A DNA stretch of 51,240 nt, taken from Zetaproteobacteria bacterium. Its GTDB lineage: Bacteria > Bdellovibrionota_B > Oligoflexia > Oligoflexales > Bog-1112. The stretch is from NCBI GenBank assembly GCA_947445855.1, contig CANFEH010000002.1:1-51240 (forward strand), read 5' to 3'. Below the pieces are notes generated by a model that was given only the letters and a program-made list of their open reading frames with translations, searched no databases and had not been told where the DNA came from. The translations under genes and the position numbers were made by a program. The first letter of the stretch is position 1. Every line of letters begins with the position of its first letter. Shown one piece after another: positions 9,218 through 17,841 of this stretch.

Positions 9218-11758
9218 TTATCTTTCTGAAATTTTCAACAGAACAAGGGACACTTCTTGATTTGACTTTGTTTTTTCGAAATCAATTTTAAACTGAAGAT
9301 ACCAGTCATTTTGAAGCTCATCATCAACCATCGTTTGCTCTACAATAATAAGCCCTTCCGTAGACATATCAAATTGAATATTCTCTGGCCTTCTTGCTTC
9401 TCGCGCAAGAGAAAGATTCTTGTGATTCTCATAATACATTGCCATCACTTCTTCTAATGTCTTTTCATTCCAAAGATTCCCTGATGCCTCTAAAAAACTA
9501 AGAGCGTATTCATACTGACAAAGAGACAAAGCTTTAAGGAATCTTAAAATCTTATTTCTAACATTCTTTTCAAGAGTTTTCTGATTTCTTGTTATATCTT
9601 CTTCAGTTGCTGCAGCCTCTTGAATAGCTTGCTCTTTTTTCTCAGCAAAAGCTTGTGGGTCATGCATTTTCTCCCACTCGTCAAGAAGACTAGAGTCAGT
9701 ACTTTTTATCTCAGTTTTAAGATAAAGAATCACTTCATCCACTGCGTCTGTTTTTAGATGATCAGGGACTGTGTGAACAAGAACTTTATAAACGCTTGAT
9801 AAATATCTAAGAAGAACTCCCTCAGACCTTTGCAATCCGTACTCTCTTACATATTCAGCAAAAGTTTGGTATGTGCTATACATTTCTCTAACAATAGATT
9901 TTGGTCTTACATTCTCATTTGCTAACCAAGGGTGATGATCTCTAAAACGATTGAAATTTTCATAAAGAAATTCTTTCATCGGTTTTTCATGCTCAACTTT
10001 TTCTAATTCTTCCATCCGATCTTCGTAGTCAGGACCTTCTTCTTTAAGCTTATAAACTTTTTCTCCTCTTAGACGATCCACTTGCTTTCTTAATATGACA
10101 TCTGGATTTTCAATAATACTCTCTACAAGGCTTAGAATATTTAAATCATAAATATCATCCATAGGATCTAAAAACTTAACTATATCCAAAAGAAAAAGAG
10201 CAAGGGGTTCTGTCAGCAAGAAATTGTCTTGCAAATCAAAGTTAAGACGTAAAGCCGTATCAATACGTTCATGTGGAGGAATAAATTCAACAATTTTTCT
10301 ATCAACAAGTGACCTTAGAACCTGAAAACCCTCACGTCTTAAATGAATTTTTGAAGCTTGTGACTCATGAGCGTTTTTATAAATATCCTTTAAAACCTTA
10401 CAAGCATCTCCTTCGCCACTTAAAACGTTGAGCACAAGACCATGAGTGATGCTGAGATTTGATCGCAAAGTTTCAGGAGAAGCACTCAAATAATTTTTAA
10501 AAGTATTCTCATCCCAAGGTAGGTAACCTTTTTCAGGAGGTTTTGCTTTTACAACTTTTTTTGTTTTTCCAGAAGCCTTTGCTTTACGCTCAAGCTTAAT
10601 ATTTTCGATCACATGCTCTGGAGCCTGAACAACAACATAACCTTGATCATCAAAACCTTTTCGTCCTGCACGTCCACAAATTTGATGAAAATCACGAACA
10701 GAAAGCAGAGTGGTTTTTTTTCCATCAAACTTACACATTTTTGTAAGCAGAACAGTACGAATTGGAATATTAACACCAACGCCAAGAGTATCTGTACCAC
10801 AAATAATTTTAAGGAGACCTTTTTGAGCTAACTGCTCTGTTAAAATACGGTATTTAGGCAAAATTCCAGCATGATGAAGACCAACCCCATGACGCAAGTA
10901 CTTGTTAATTTCTTTCCCATAAGGACTTGAAAAATGATAATTTTTCAGTTCTTCAGATATTTTTTTCTTTGTGTCCTTTGAAGAGAAATTAAAACTCATA
11001 AGAGATTGAGCGAGTATAGCTGCTTCTCTTTGAGTAAAGTGAACAACATACACAGGAGCTTTATCTAGAGCTACAAGATCCCCCAAAGTTTCATCGAGAG
11101 ATTCTTCGCTATAGCGAAAATCAAGGGGCACTGGCCTTTGATCAGAAAAGACAACCGTAGTCTTTTTTCCATTGAGGCTTGTTAATTCTTTTTCGAAAAA
11201 ATCAGTATCCCCGAAAGTAGCTGACATCAATAGAAATCGAGTTTTACGAAGAAGCAAAAGAGGAATCTGCCAAGAACTTCCCCTATCCCGATCACTATAG
11301 TAATGAAACTCATCTACCACCACATCATGAACAGAAATAGAGTCTCTCTCCTTGAGCGCCATATTTGCCAAGATTTCTGCGGTACAACAAACAATTGGTG
11401 CATCAGGGTTTACCTTGGCATCCCCTGTTATCAAGCCAACACGGGCAGCACCAAAATCGCAGCACAAACTAAAAAACTTTTCATTCACAAGCGCCTTCAC
11501 AGGAGATGTATAGAAAGACCTCTCCCCGCGAGCCAAAGCATAATAATGAGAAGCCATAGCCACAAGAGATTTTCCTGAACCGGTTGGGGTTTTTAAAATC
11601 ACATTGTGACCATTAAAAATTTCAAGAATAGCTTCTTCTTGGGCTGGATAAAGCTCAAGATTTTTTATTTTTACATACTCTAAGAAACGATCAAGAGCTT
11701 CTTCTACTTCTAAGGTCTCGCCAGAAGGTATAAAGAGAAGTGGTTTTTTTGCTTTCAT
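9218..11758 (-). CDS. Ski2/HelY-like DExH-box helicase with DUF3516-type C-terminal region
   Basis: Motif I TPTGSGKS, Ia SPVKALVNEKF, II DEFH, III SAT, HHAGILPKYR, VI QICGRAGRKGFD. The 846-aa length is typical of the DUF3516 helicase family. Confidence 0.85.
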   Translation of the reverse strand: MKAKKPLLFIPSGETLEVEEALDRFLEYVKIKNLELYPAQEEAILEIFNGHNVILKTPTGSGKSLVAMASHYYALARGERSFYTSPVKALVNEKFFSLCCDFGAARVGLITGDAKVNPDAPIVCCTAEILANMALKERDSISVHDVVVDEFHYYSDRDRGSSWQIPLLLLRKTRFLLMSATFGDTDFFEKELTSLNGKKTTVVFSDQRPVPLDFRYSEESLDETLGDLVALDKAPVYVVHFTQREAAILAQSLMSFNFSSKDTKKKISEELKNYHFSSPYGKEINKYLRHGVGLHHAGILPKYRILTEQLAQKGLLKIICGTDTLGVGVNIPIRTVLLTKMCKFDGKKTTLLSVRDFHQICGRAGRKGFDDQGYVVVQAPEHVIENIKLERKAKASGKTKKVVKAKPPEKGYLPWDENTFKNYLSASPETLRSNLSITHGLVLNVLSGEGDACKVLKDIYKNAHESQASKIHLRREGFQVLRSLVDRKIVEFIPPHERIDTALRLNFDLQDNFLLTEPLALFLLDIVKFLDPMDDIYDLNILSLVESIIENPDVILRKQVDRLRGEKVYKLKEEGPDYEDRMEELEKVEHEKPMKEFLYENFNRFRDHHPWLANENVRPKSIVREMYSTYQTFAEYVREYGLQRSEGVLLRYLSSVYKVLVHTVPDHLKTDAVDEVILYLKTEIKSTDSSLLDEWEKMHDPQAFAEKKEQAIQEAAATEEDITRNQKTLEKNVRNKILRFLKALSLCQYEYALSFLEASGNLWNEKTLEEVMAMYYENHKNLSLAREARRPENIQFDMSTEGLIIVEQTMVDDELQNDWYLQFKIDFEKTKSNQEVSLVLLKISER

Positions 11759-11794
11759 TGGTTCATCTTGTAAAAAAAGTTTAAAGTAAAGCTA

Positions 11795-12280
11795 TTAGTA
11801 TTTATTCTTAATAATGGACTTTTCTATGAGAGCAGGATTAATTTTATGAACCTCTTCTGGAATACGGTACTCTTCTGAATGTTTCACAAAAAGGTTTCTA
11901 GCTCTTAAACTCAAAATCCCCTTGACAAGAGAGCCTTCCACAACAACTCCTGAACCTTCTTTAAACATATCTGGAGGAGCTCCTGAATAAGAAACAGGAA
12001 TTTCAATACCTTTGAGATCAGAAAGGACAAACTGCAAACTAAGTGTATCAGGATTCCAATGAACAGAAGAACTCTTTACCATTCCACCCACTCGAATTTG
12101 AGACTCTCCTAGCTCATCTACTTTTTCAAAAAGTTCTTTAGGCGTATAGAAATAAACCGAATAATTTTGCATTGCATAAAAAGAAAAAGCCATCACAAGC
12201 AATAAAATAAATCCACCACCAAAAATCCACTTCTTTGACCGGTTTTTTTCGTTCTTCCATTCCACTTTAGTTTTCCTCAA
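11795..12280 (-). CDS. ccmE: Cytochrome c-type biogenesis heme chaperone CcmE
   Basis: N-terminal membrane anchor. IRVGGMV block. PDMFKEGSGVVVEG block. Heme-binding His in VKHSEEYRIPEE (compare E. coli AKHDENYTPPE). The start could instead be the GTG at 12265, downstream of GAGGAA. Confidence 0.85.
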   Translation of the reverse strand: MRKTKVEWKNEKNRSKKWIFGGGFILLLVMAFSFYAMQNYSVYFYTPKELFEKVDELGESQIRVGGMVKSSSVHWNPDTLSLQFVLSDLKGIEIPVSYSGAPPDMFKEGSGVVVEGSLVKGILSLRARNLFVKHSEEYRIPEEVHKINPALIEKSIIKNKY

Positions 12281-12413
12281 AAGACTTCAAAGAAATTTCT
12301 AAAGATTTTTTTTCATACAAAAGTGCCAAAATAAGAAAAAAAAGAATCAAGAAATTTAGAGAGAAGGATAAAATCACATAGAAGTTCATAAAATTCCCCG
12401 CGGGATAACTCAT
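12267..12413 (-). CDS. ccmD: Small single-TM protein, CcmD-like (heme exporter protein D), absent from the ORF track
   Basis: Hand translation: MSYPAGNFMNFYVILSFSLNFLILFFLILALLYEKKSLEISLKSFEEN (48 aa). One TM helix plus a charged tail. Its stop overlaps the ccmE start region. An alternative start at 12389 (MNFYV...) follows GGGGA. Assigned by position and shape only. Confidence 0.4.
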   Translation of the reverse strand: MSYPAGNFMNFYVILSFSLNFLILFFLILALLYEKKSLEISLKSFEEN

Positions 12414-12519
12414 TTTTTTTTCAAAAGGGGATCATTCTATAAAAAAGAGAAGGAAGAGGCAATCTCTCTATCACAAAAAGACTTATCTTAGTAGGCGAGA
12501 AGAGGTAATACCAAGCACA

Positions 12520-13710
12520 CTACTCATCAAACATATCATCTTTGAAGTCATTTTTTGGTATCCATAGGCCGTCTTCTTTCTCTTTTTTTACTTGACTCAG
12601 ATATTTTATAATTTCAGAACTACTTTCACTAGAAGCAATTTTATAAACATCCACATCTGCAGATGTTTTAATATCGGAGTTAGCCCCTCTTTCCATCACA
12701 GCTTTTACAATCTGTAAATCATTTGTTTTTACTGCATACATGAGAGTGGTCATACCCTCACTATCAGCACTATCTAAATCAACACCCTCTCTTTTAACAA
12801 ATTTAAGAATGATTTTTTTTAAATTTTTCTTTTCTTTTTCAGATACTTTGCCATTTTTACCGTGATATCTATCTAAGGCTTCCATAAGAGCTGTTCTTCT
12901 TGCCATCTTATTCGTTTTAGTTAACATAGATTTCTTAAAACTTTGGGCAGCTTGGTCATAAGTATTAACAGCAACTATTTTCTGAGCAGAAGTTCTATAG
13001 TTTATGTCGTAATCTTTTTCTAACATCAATTCTATAAGCTCAAAATTAGCATGTCTAATAGCTTCACTCATAGGGGTTTTAAAAGTCCTATCTTCCAAGG
13101 TACAATCTGTACCTGCTTCTATAAGATGAATTGCAATAGTATGTTTGTGCTCATTAAGTTCTCCCATTAATGCGTAGTGAAGAGCTGTTCTTGAACTATA
13201 TGCTGCTTTTGTATTAGGATTCAACTCTCTTTTTTCTATTAAAAAGTCAATAATATCAATAGCCCCAGACTCAGAAGCAATCATAGCTGGAGTTTGTCCA
13301 AGTGAGTTAGCACGAACAGGATTAGCACCATAGCTATATAAAAGTTTAAATAAACTTGTTAACCCTCTTTTTGCTGCGTAATGAAGAGGAGTCTCATAAA
13401 CAGTTGAAAGCTCTGTCTCTCCTATCTTATAATTACCTGGAAACTCTTGAAAAACACGGTAATCGTTTAAATCCTTTTTCTTCTCTTTTTCAGTGAGACC
13501 ATCTCCCTGGTAATTAACAATAGTATGAATCAGTGTTTCTTCTTTTTTAGCCTTTATATACTCTAATCTTTCTTTTACTTTGTCATGGTAATCTTTTGGC
13601 TTAGACCTCTTCATATGCTCTAGAATATACCCTGTATGCCCAAGCTCTTTAGCTGAAAGATTTAAGTACGAAAGCAAGAAAAACAAAAAAGAAAATCTGA
13701 CGTACTTCAT
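12520..13710 (-). CDS. Secreted ankyrin-repeat protein
   Basis: ATG at 13710 is preceded by GGAGGG. Signal peptide MKYVRFSFLFFLLSYLNLSA. Several ANK repeats, e.g. TPLHYAAKRGLTSLFKLLYSYGANP, QTPAMIASESGAIDIIDFLI, RTALHYAL, MTTLMYAVKTNDLQIVKAVMERGAN. Confidence 0.85.
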   Translation of the reverse strand: MKYVRFSFLFFLLSYLNLSAKELGHTGYILEHMKRSKPKDYHDKVKERLEYIKAKKEETLIHTIVNYQGDGLTEKEKKKDLNDYRVFQEFPGNYKIGETELSTVYETPLHYAAKRGLTSLFKLLYSYGANPVRANSLGQTPAMIASESGAIDIIDFLIEKRELNPNTKAAYSSRTALHYALMGELNEHKHTIAIHLIEAGTDCTLEDRTFKTPMSEAIRHANFELIELMLEKDYDINYRTSAQKIVAVNTYDQAAQSFKKSMLTKTNKMARRTALMEALDRYHGKNGKVSEKEKKNLKKIILKFVKREGVDLDSADSEGMTTLMYAVKTNDLQIVKAVMERGANSDIKTSADVDVYKIASSESSSEIIKYLSQVKKEKEDGLWIPKNDFKDDMFDE

Positions 13711-13913
13711 TATGCCCTCCAAAATCAATAAAAAATAAGATTCCTGAAAGATAAAGAAAAACACCTGTAATTCAAAGTTGAAAGAGCAAAATTTTTTTAA
13801 AAATCACACTAACCAGCTAAAATTATAGAAAAAAATTTTAACCCATAGATTTAAAAAGAAAAAAAAGTATGATTCAAAAACTTTTTCTAGATTTGGTCTT
13901 TGCGGAGCGCTCT

Positions 13914-15026
13914 ATGCTGAAAAATTTTCTTTTTCTTCTTCAAATTTCTTTTCTTTCTTCTTGTTCTACAGAAGCACCAAGAGAGACTTATTTATTTTCA
14001 AAAATCATCAATTCAGACTATAGAGGTCTTTTATTTACAGCCCGCAAAGGTATCCACTCTTCTATTTTATATTGGTATAATTTCAAAACAGGAATAGTTG
14101 AAGAAATTTTAAATGGACAAAGTGGTGATCCTAAGCTCTTTCTTATCAAAGATAAAATTTATCTTTTTAATAGAATGGGTTTTCAAAAAAACTATCTTAT
14201 TCTTGACACTCAAAATAATTTTGAACTTTTGCAACCAGAGAAATCTTCTTTTTTATCCTCAGGGGATCCCTATTTTTTACTTCCTATCACAGAAGATTAC
14301 AGTCTTCTCAGCTGTCTTTCTGAAGGAAAAATTAAACTCTTTAATCTAAAATCAGGTGTATTAAACGACTTATATACTGATAATATGTTTAGACCAGGAA
14401 ACCTAATTCTAAAAAAAGACTCTTCAGGGAAGAAACATATTTACACTCTTTCTCTTGGACTTAATGACTTTTGGAGCCCTGATAGCTCTCAAAAAATATA
14501 TGATTTTATCTTAGAAAAAAATCCAAATTTCACTTTAAAATTACAGAGTACAAAAAAAACAAATGCTTCTTATTCCGAAACTCTGTTCGAAAATACTATG
14601 AATTCTAACGAACTCTTTAGTTTTTCTTTAGCCTACGAAAAAGGAGAAAGCTCTTATGACAGAATTAATCTTTCAAATTTAGATGTCACACAAGCTCATG
14701 ACCTTTCAGATTTAAGCTCTTATGAAAAGTTTGGATCTCCTGTTTTGACTCAAGATGGTTTTTTCCTAACACCAGTAAAAGAAAAAACATCAGGAGAGAG
14801 AAAAATAAAGTCAATTTTTTTTAACCCATTTAAAGAAACAGACTATCATCCCTTAGAGAGGAAGACATCCTCCATATCTCTTGTCTATGACAAATCAAAT
14901 AATTGTGTTTTTATTGGTGAAAATGAAGAAACAAAAAATGGGAAAATTCATTTTTATTGTGGAGATAAAAAAGTTTTCACCGAAGAAATTGATCTTGACT
15001 TCTATGAGGGAGTTCTTATTCCTTGA
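13914..15026 (+). CDS. Hypothetical lipoprotein (possibly beta-propeller-like)
   Basis: ATG at 13914 follows GGAG. Signal peptide with lipobox FLSSC. Recurrent blade-like segments (SGDPKLFLIKDKIYLFN, SGDPYFLLPI, KHIYTLSLG) faintly resemble YVTN/YncE-type repeats. The stop overlaps the next gene's start. Confidence 0.55.
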   Translation: MLKNFLFLLQISFLSSCSTEAPRETYLFSKIINSDYRGLLFTARKGIHSSILYWYNFKTGIVEEILNGQSGDPKLFLIKDKIYLFNRMGFQKNYLILDTQNNFELLQPEKSSFLSSGDPYFLLPITEDYSLLSCLSEGKIKLFNLKSGVLNDLYTDNMFRPGNLILKKDSSGKKHIYTLSLGLNDFWSPDSSQKIYDFILEKNPNFTLKLQSTKKTNASYSETLFENTMNSNELFSFSLAYEKGESSYDRINLSNLDVTQAHDLSDLSSYEKFGSPVLTQDGFFLTPVKEKTSGERKIKSIFFNPFKETDYHPLERKTSSISLVYDKSNNCVFIGENEETKNGKIHFYCGDKKVFTEEIDLDFYEGVLIP

Positions 15027-16960
15027 ATAAAATTTTCTTTCTAATTTTTCTTATCCTTTCAAAACAAGCCTTCCCTGTAAAAAACTTAGTGATTATAACA
15101 GGAAAGAAACGTTCAAGAATTGAAACAAAAAACCCTAGCTCAAAAGGTTCTTTCAATGCAGATGAAATCAGCAGCACTACTTTAAAAAGTTATACTAAAA
15201 CAAAATCGTCCCTAGAAACACAAGAAGGGTCTGAAATAAAAGCAAACGATTTTATCCTGCCAAAAATCAGAGGTCAAAGACAAGAGAACACAGAAATTTG
15301 GTTTAACGATAGTCTGATCTATGATCCATGGCTCAGCCTCCCTATTCCTTATAGTTTTAATTCGAAGCAATTTACTCAAGTAAATATTTTTGAAGGTCTA
15401 TCTCCTTATGAAATAGCTTCTTCAAATCCTTTTGGACTACTGCAGTATCAAAAAAACAGTTTTAAAGACAAATCTCTTGTTGGCGCAAGGTTTGGGGTCC
15501 CTTTTGGAAAAAACTTCTATTCTCAAATAGAGAGAAAGAAATTCATCCTAGAAAATTTTTCTTTTAGCTTGTTTTTTTCTCTTCACGACACAAAAGGCGC
15601 TTACTCTTACTGGAACAACGAAGGAACACTATTCAATACAAAAAATGGAAGAACAGAAACACTTCAACACAATGGCCAAGACTCTTATTTCATATCTCCA
15701 TTTTTATCTTATTACTACAAAGAAGTTTCTTTTAATTTCTATAGTTTTATCTATAAAGAAAAAAGAGAGCTACCTCTGTTAAATAACCTAAGTGAAGAAA
15801 TGTCTCTTGATAATTTCTCATTTTTGAATCACTTTGAACTAACATGGGCTCCTAAAAAAGAAGAAAAAGCCCCTATAAAACCAGAGAAAATCTCACTTAC
15901 TTTTAATCACCAAAAAGGTGAGAAAAATTACACGAGCTCTTATTACAAAACAGAAAGCAACTCAGATCATTTTCGCTTCTCTTTTATGCCTTTTTGGGAA
16001 AACTTTTTTTTTAAAACACATTTATCCCTAGCTTATAGCTATTCGCAAGTTTCTTATCTACTAAAAAATGAACTTTACAGACCAGAACGAAATGCTTTTG
16101 ATTTTTACACAGCCTATCAAATAAAATTCTTCTCTCCTTTTTTTTTAGAAAATAAATACCATCTCAGATTTTCTAAAGACTCTAAAAAACAAACTAACCG
16201 TGAACTGAGTTTTAGCTACTCTTTTTCTCTTTTCTATAAAAAACAAAAAGGAAATATCTATTTCCAATTTGCTCAGCAAAAAAGACTACCAAATCTTCTA
16301 GAAGAACTAGGAGACAATCACTTCATAAGTGAATCAGAAGGACTACGCTCTGAAAAAAGCACACACCTTGAATTAGGTGGAAAAATTGCAGGAAAAAATT
16401 CTTTTATGGGAAATGTGTTTTGTGATTTTTCTTCAGATAAAATCCGTTTCATCCCTGCTAGCTTTCAAAAAGTGACAGCTCTTAATCTTTCCAAAACAAG
16501 AACTTTTGGATTTGAACTAAGCCATAATTTAAAAACTTATTATTTTGATATGCTTTCTGGTTTTTCTTATCTTCATAACTTAGACACATCAAATCAAAAA
16601 AAATATACACTTATTCCTCTCTCTTCTTTTTATGTTTTTACAAATCATATGGAAATAAAAGTGAAAGAGATTTTCTTTCATTTAAGCCAAAGGCTAAATG
16701 GACCTTACTATTATGACAGTGCTAATACTATACTTATAAAACCGCATCTCTTGAGTGATCTTGCCACTGGCTATAGCTATAAAATAAAAAATACTCTCTT
16801 CTCAGTGAAATTTAGTTTGAATAATCTTTTTGATGTAAACTCTCTAGAACTAGAAACAAGAGGGAAAAAGAAAAACTTTGGAAAAATTCCACGGAGTGAA
16901 TTTTACGGAATACCTCTCCCAGGAAGAACTTGGGCAATCGACCTAGAAGCTAAATTTTAA
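15023..16960 (+). CDS. TonB-dependent receptor-like outer-membrane protein
   Basis: Signal peptide. TonB-box-like NLVIITGKK. Plug-like region (LPKIRGQRQENTEIWFNDSLIYDP). Long beta-rich region. Terminal ...GRTWAIDLEAKF ending in Phe. TTG start in a TTGA overlap with the upstream lipoprotein gene. Confidence 0.7.
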   Translation: MNKIFFLIFLILSKQAFPVKNLVIITGKKRSRIETKNPSSKGSFNADEISSTTLKSYTKTKSSLETQEGSEIKANDFILPKIRGQRQENTEIWFNDSLIYDPWLSLPIPYSFNSKQFTQVNIFEGLSPYEIASSNPFGLLQYQKNSFKDKSLVGARFGVPFGKNFYSQIERKKFILENFSFSLFFSLHDTKGAYSYWNNEGTLFNTKNGRTETLQHNGQDSYFISPFLSYYYKEVSFNFYSFIYKEKRELPLLNNLSEEMSLDNFSFLNHFELTWAPKKEEKAPIKPEKISLTFNHQKGEKNYTSSYYKTESNSDHFRFSFMPFWENFFFKTHLSLAYSYSQVSYLLKNELYRPERNAFDFYTAYQIKFFSPFFLENKYHLRFSKDSKKQTNRELSFSYSFSLFYKKQKGNIYFQFAQQKRLPNLLEELGDNHFISESEGLRSEKSTHLELGGKIAGKNSFMGNVFCDFSSDKIRFIPASFQKVTALNLSKTRTFGFELSHNLKTYYFDMLSGFSYLHNLDTSNQKKYTLIPLSSFYVFTNHMEIKVKEIFFHLSQRLNGPYYYDSANTILIKPHLLSDLATGYSYKIKNTLFSVKFSLNNLFDVNSLELETRGKKKNFGKIPRSEFYGIPLPGRTWAIDLEAKF

Positions 16961-17537
16961 AAAACACATCTTGATTAACTGAGTACTGTAATTTTTCTTG
17001 ATAAATTTCATCCGAAATTTCTTTGGCCCCAAGACTCTCAAGATGATCTGTCATATATTGACACTCAAGAAGAGTAAAACCACTGTGCTTTAATTTTTCA
17101 ACTAAATAGTAAAGAGCCAATTTAGAAGTATTATCTCTTGTGTGAAACATGGACTCAGCAAAAAATGCTCCTCCTAGGCTCAGCCCATAAACACCACCTA
17201 CAAGCTCTTCGCCTTCCCATACTTCAACAGAATGCGCAGCTCCCATGCGATTCATTCGCGAGTAAGCTTCCACAAGATTATCTGAAATCCAAGTATCCGA
17301 ACGATTTGAACAAGATCTCATCACTTTTGTAAAAGCCTCACTGTAAGATATACGGTAGTGATTTTTGTTAATAAATTTTTTTAGAGATCGAGAAATATGA
17401 AACCCGCCAAGAGGAATAATTGCTCTTGGATCTGGTTTATACCAAGAAATTTCACCAGTTATCATGTCAGCCATAGGAAACAAACCAACACTATAAGCTT
17501 TCACTAAAATATGAGGACTTAAAACAGAGTTGTTCAT
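16950..17537 (-). CDS. aat: Leucyl/phenylalanyl-tRNA--protein transferase
   Basis: GLFPMA, WYKPDPRAIIPL, FHISRSLKKF and GGVYGLSLGGAFFAESMF blocks match L/F-transferase. I prefer the ATG at 17537, since the upstream 24 aa in the ORF track look spurious. Confidence 0.85.
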   Translation of the reverse strand: MNNSVLSPHILVKAYSVGLFPMADMITGEISWYKPDPRAIIPLGGFHISRSLKKFINKNHYRISYSEAFTKVMRSCSNRSDTWISDNLVEAYSRMNRMGAAHSVEVWEGEELVGGVYGLSLGGAFFAESMFHTRDNTSKLALYYLVEKLKHSGFTLLECQYMTDHLESLGAKEISDEIYQEKLQYSVNQDVFFKI

Positions 17538-17841
17538 CCAAAAGCACTCATGAAAAAGAGTTAAAAAAAATAACCAAACCGTGAGCGCGTGATTAAGAAA
17601 AACCTGCACAATGACTTTAACAGCAAGAGCTTGAAATTATTTAACAAACTATAATGGAAAAGATTTCTTGAAAAGATCCGTTAAAAGAAAAAGTACAAGT
17701 GTATGCGAAAACTCGTTATGAAATTTTACAAAAAAAGAAAATCATGCAGAAAAAGAGCTAAAGGATTTAGCATTTTCATTTCTAGTGTTTTTTGATATAA
17801 AGTGTTTTTTCATGAAGCACTGTGCGGAGACTACCTTGACT

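Noticed and set aside
13765-13913. Fur box or cobalamin riboswitch upstream of the lipoprotein/TonB-receptor operon.
   Set aside because: The region contains no GATAATGATAATCATTATC-like 19-mer and no GC-rich B12-box core.
16590-16610. Homopolymeric A/T tracts (A8-A11, T9-T10) as phase-variation switches. Examples: in the TonB-receptor gene, at 26201-26215 and at 26294-26302.
   Set aside because: Such tracts are frequent throughout this AT-rich sequence, and those checked lie in UTRs or are of ordinary length. Nothing singles them out as contingency loci without population data.
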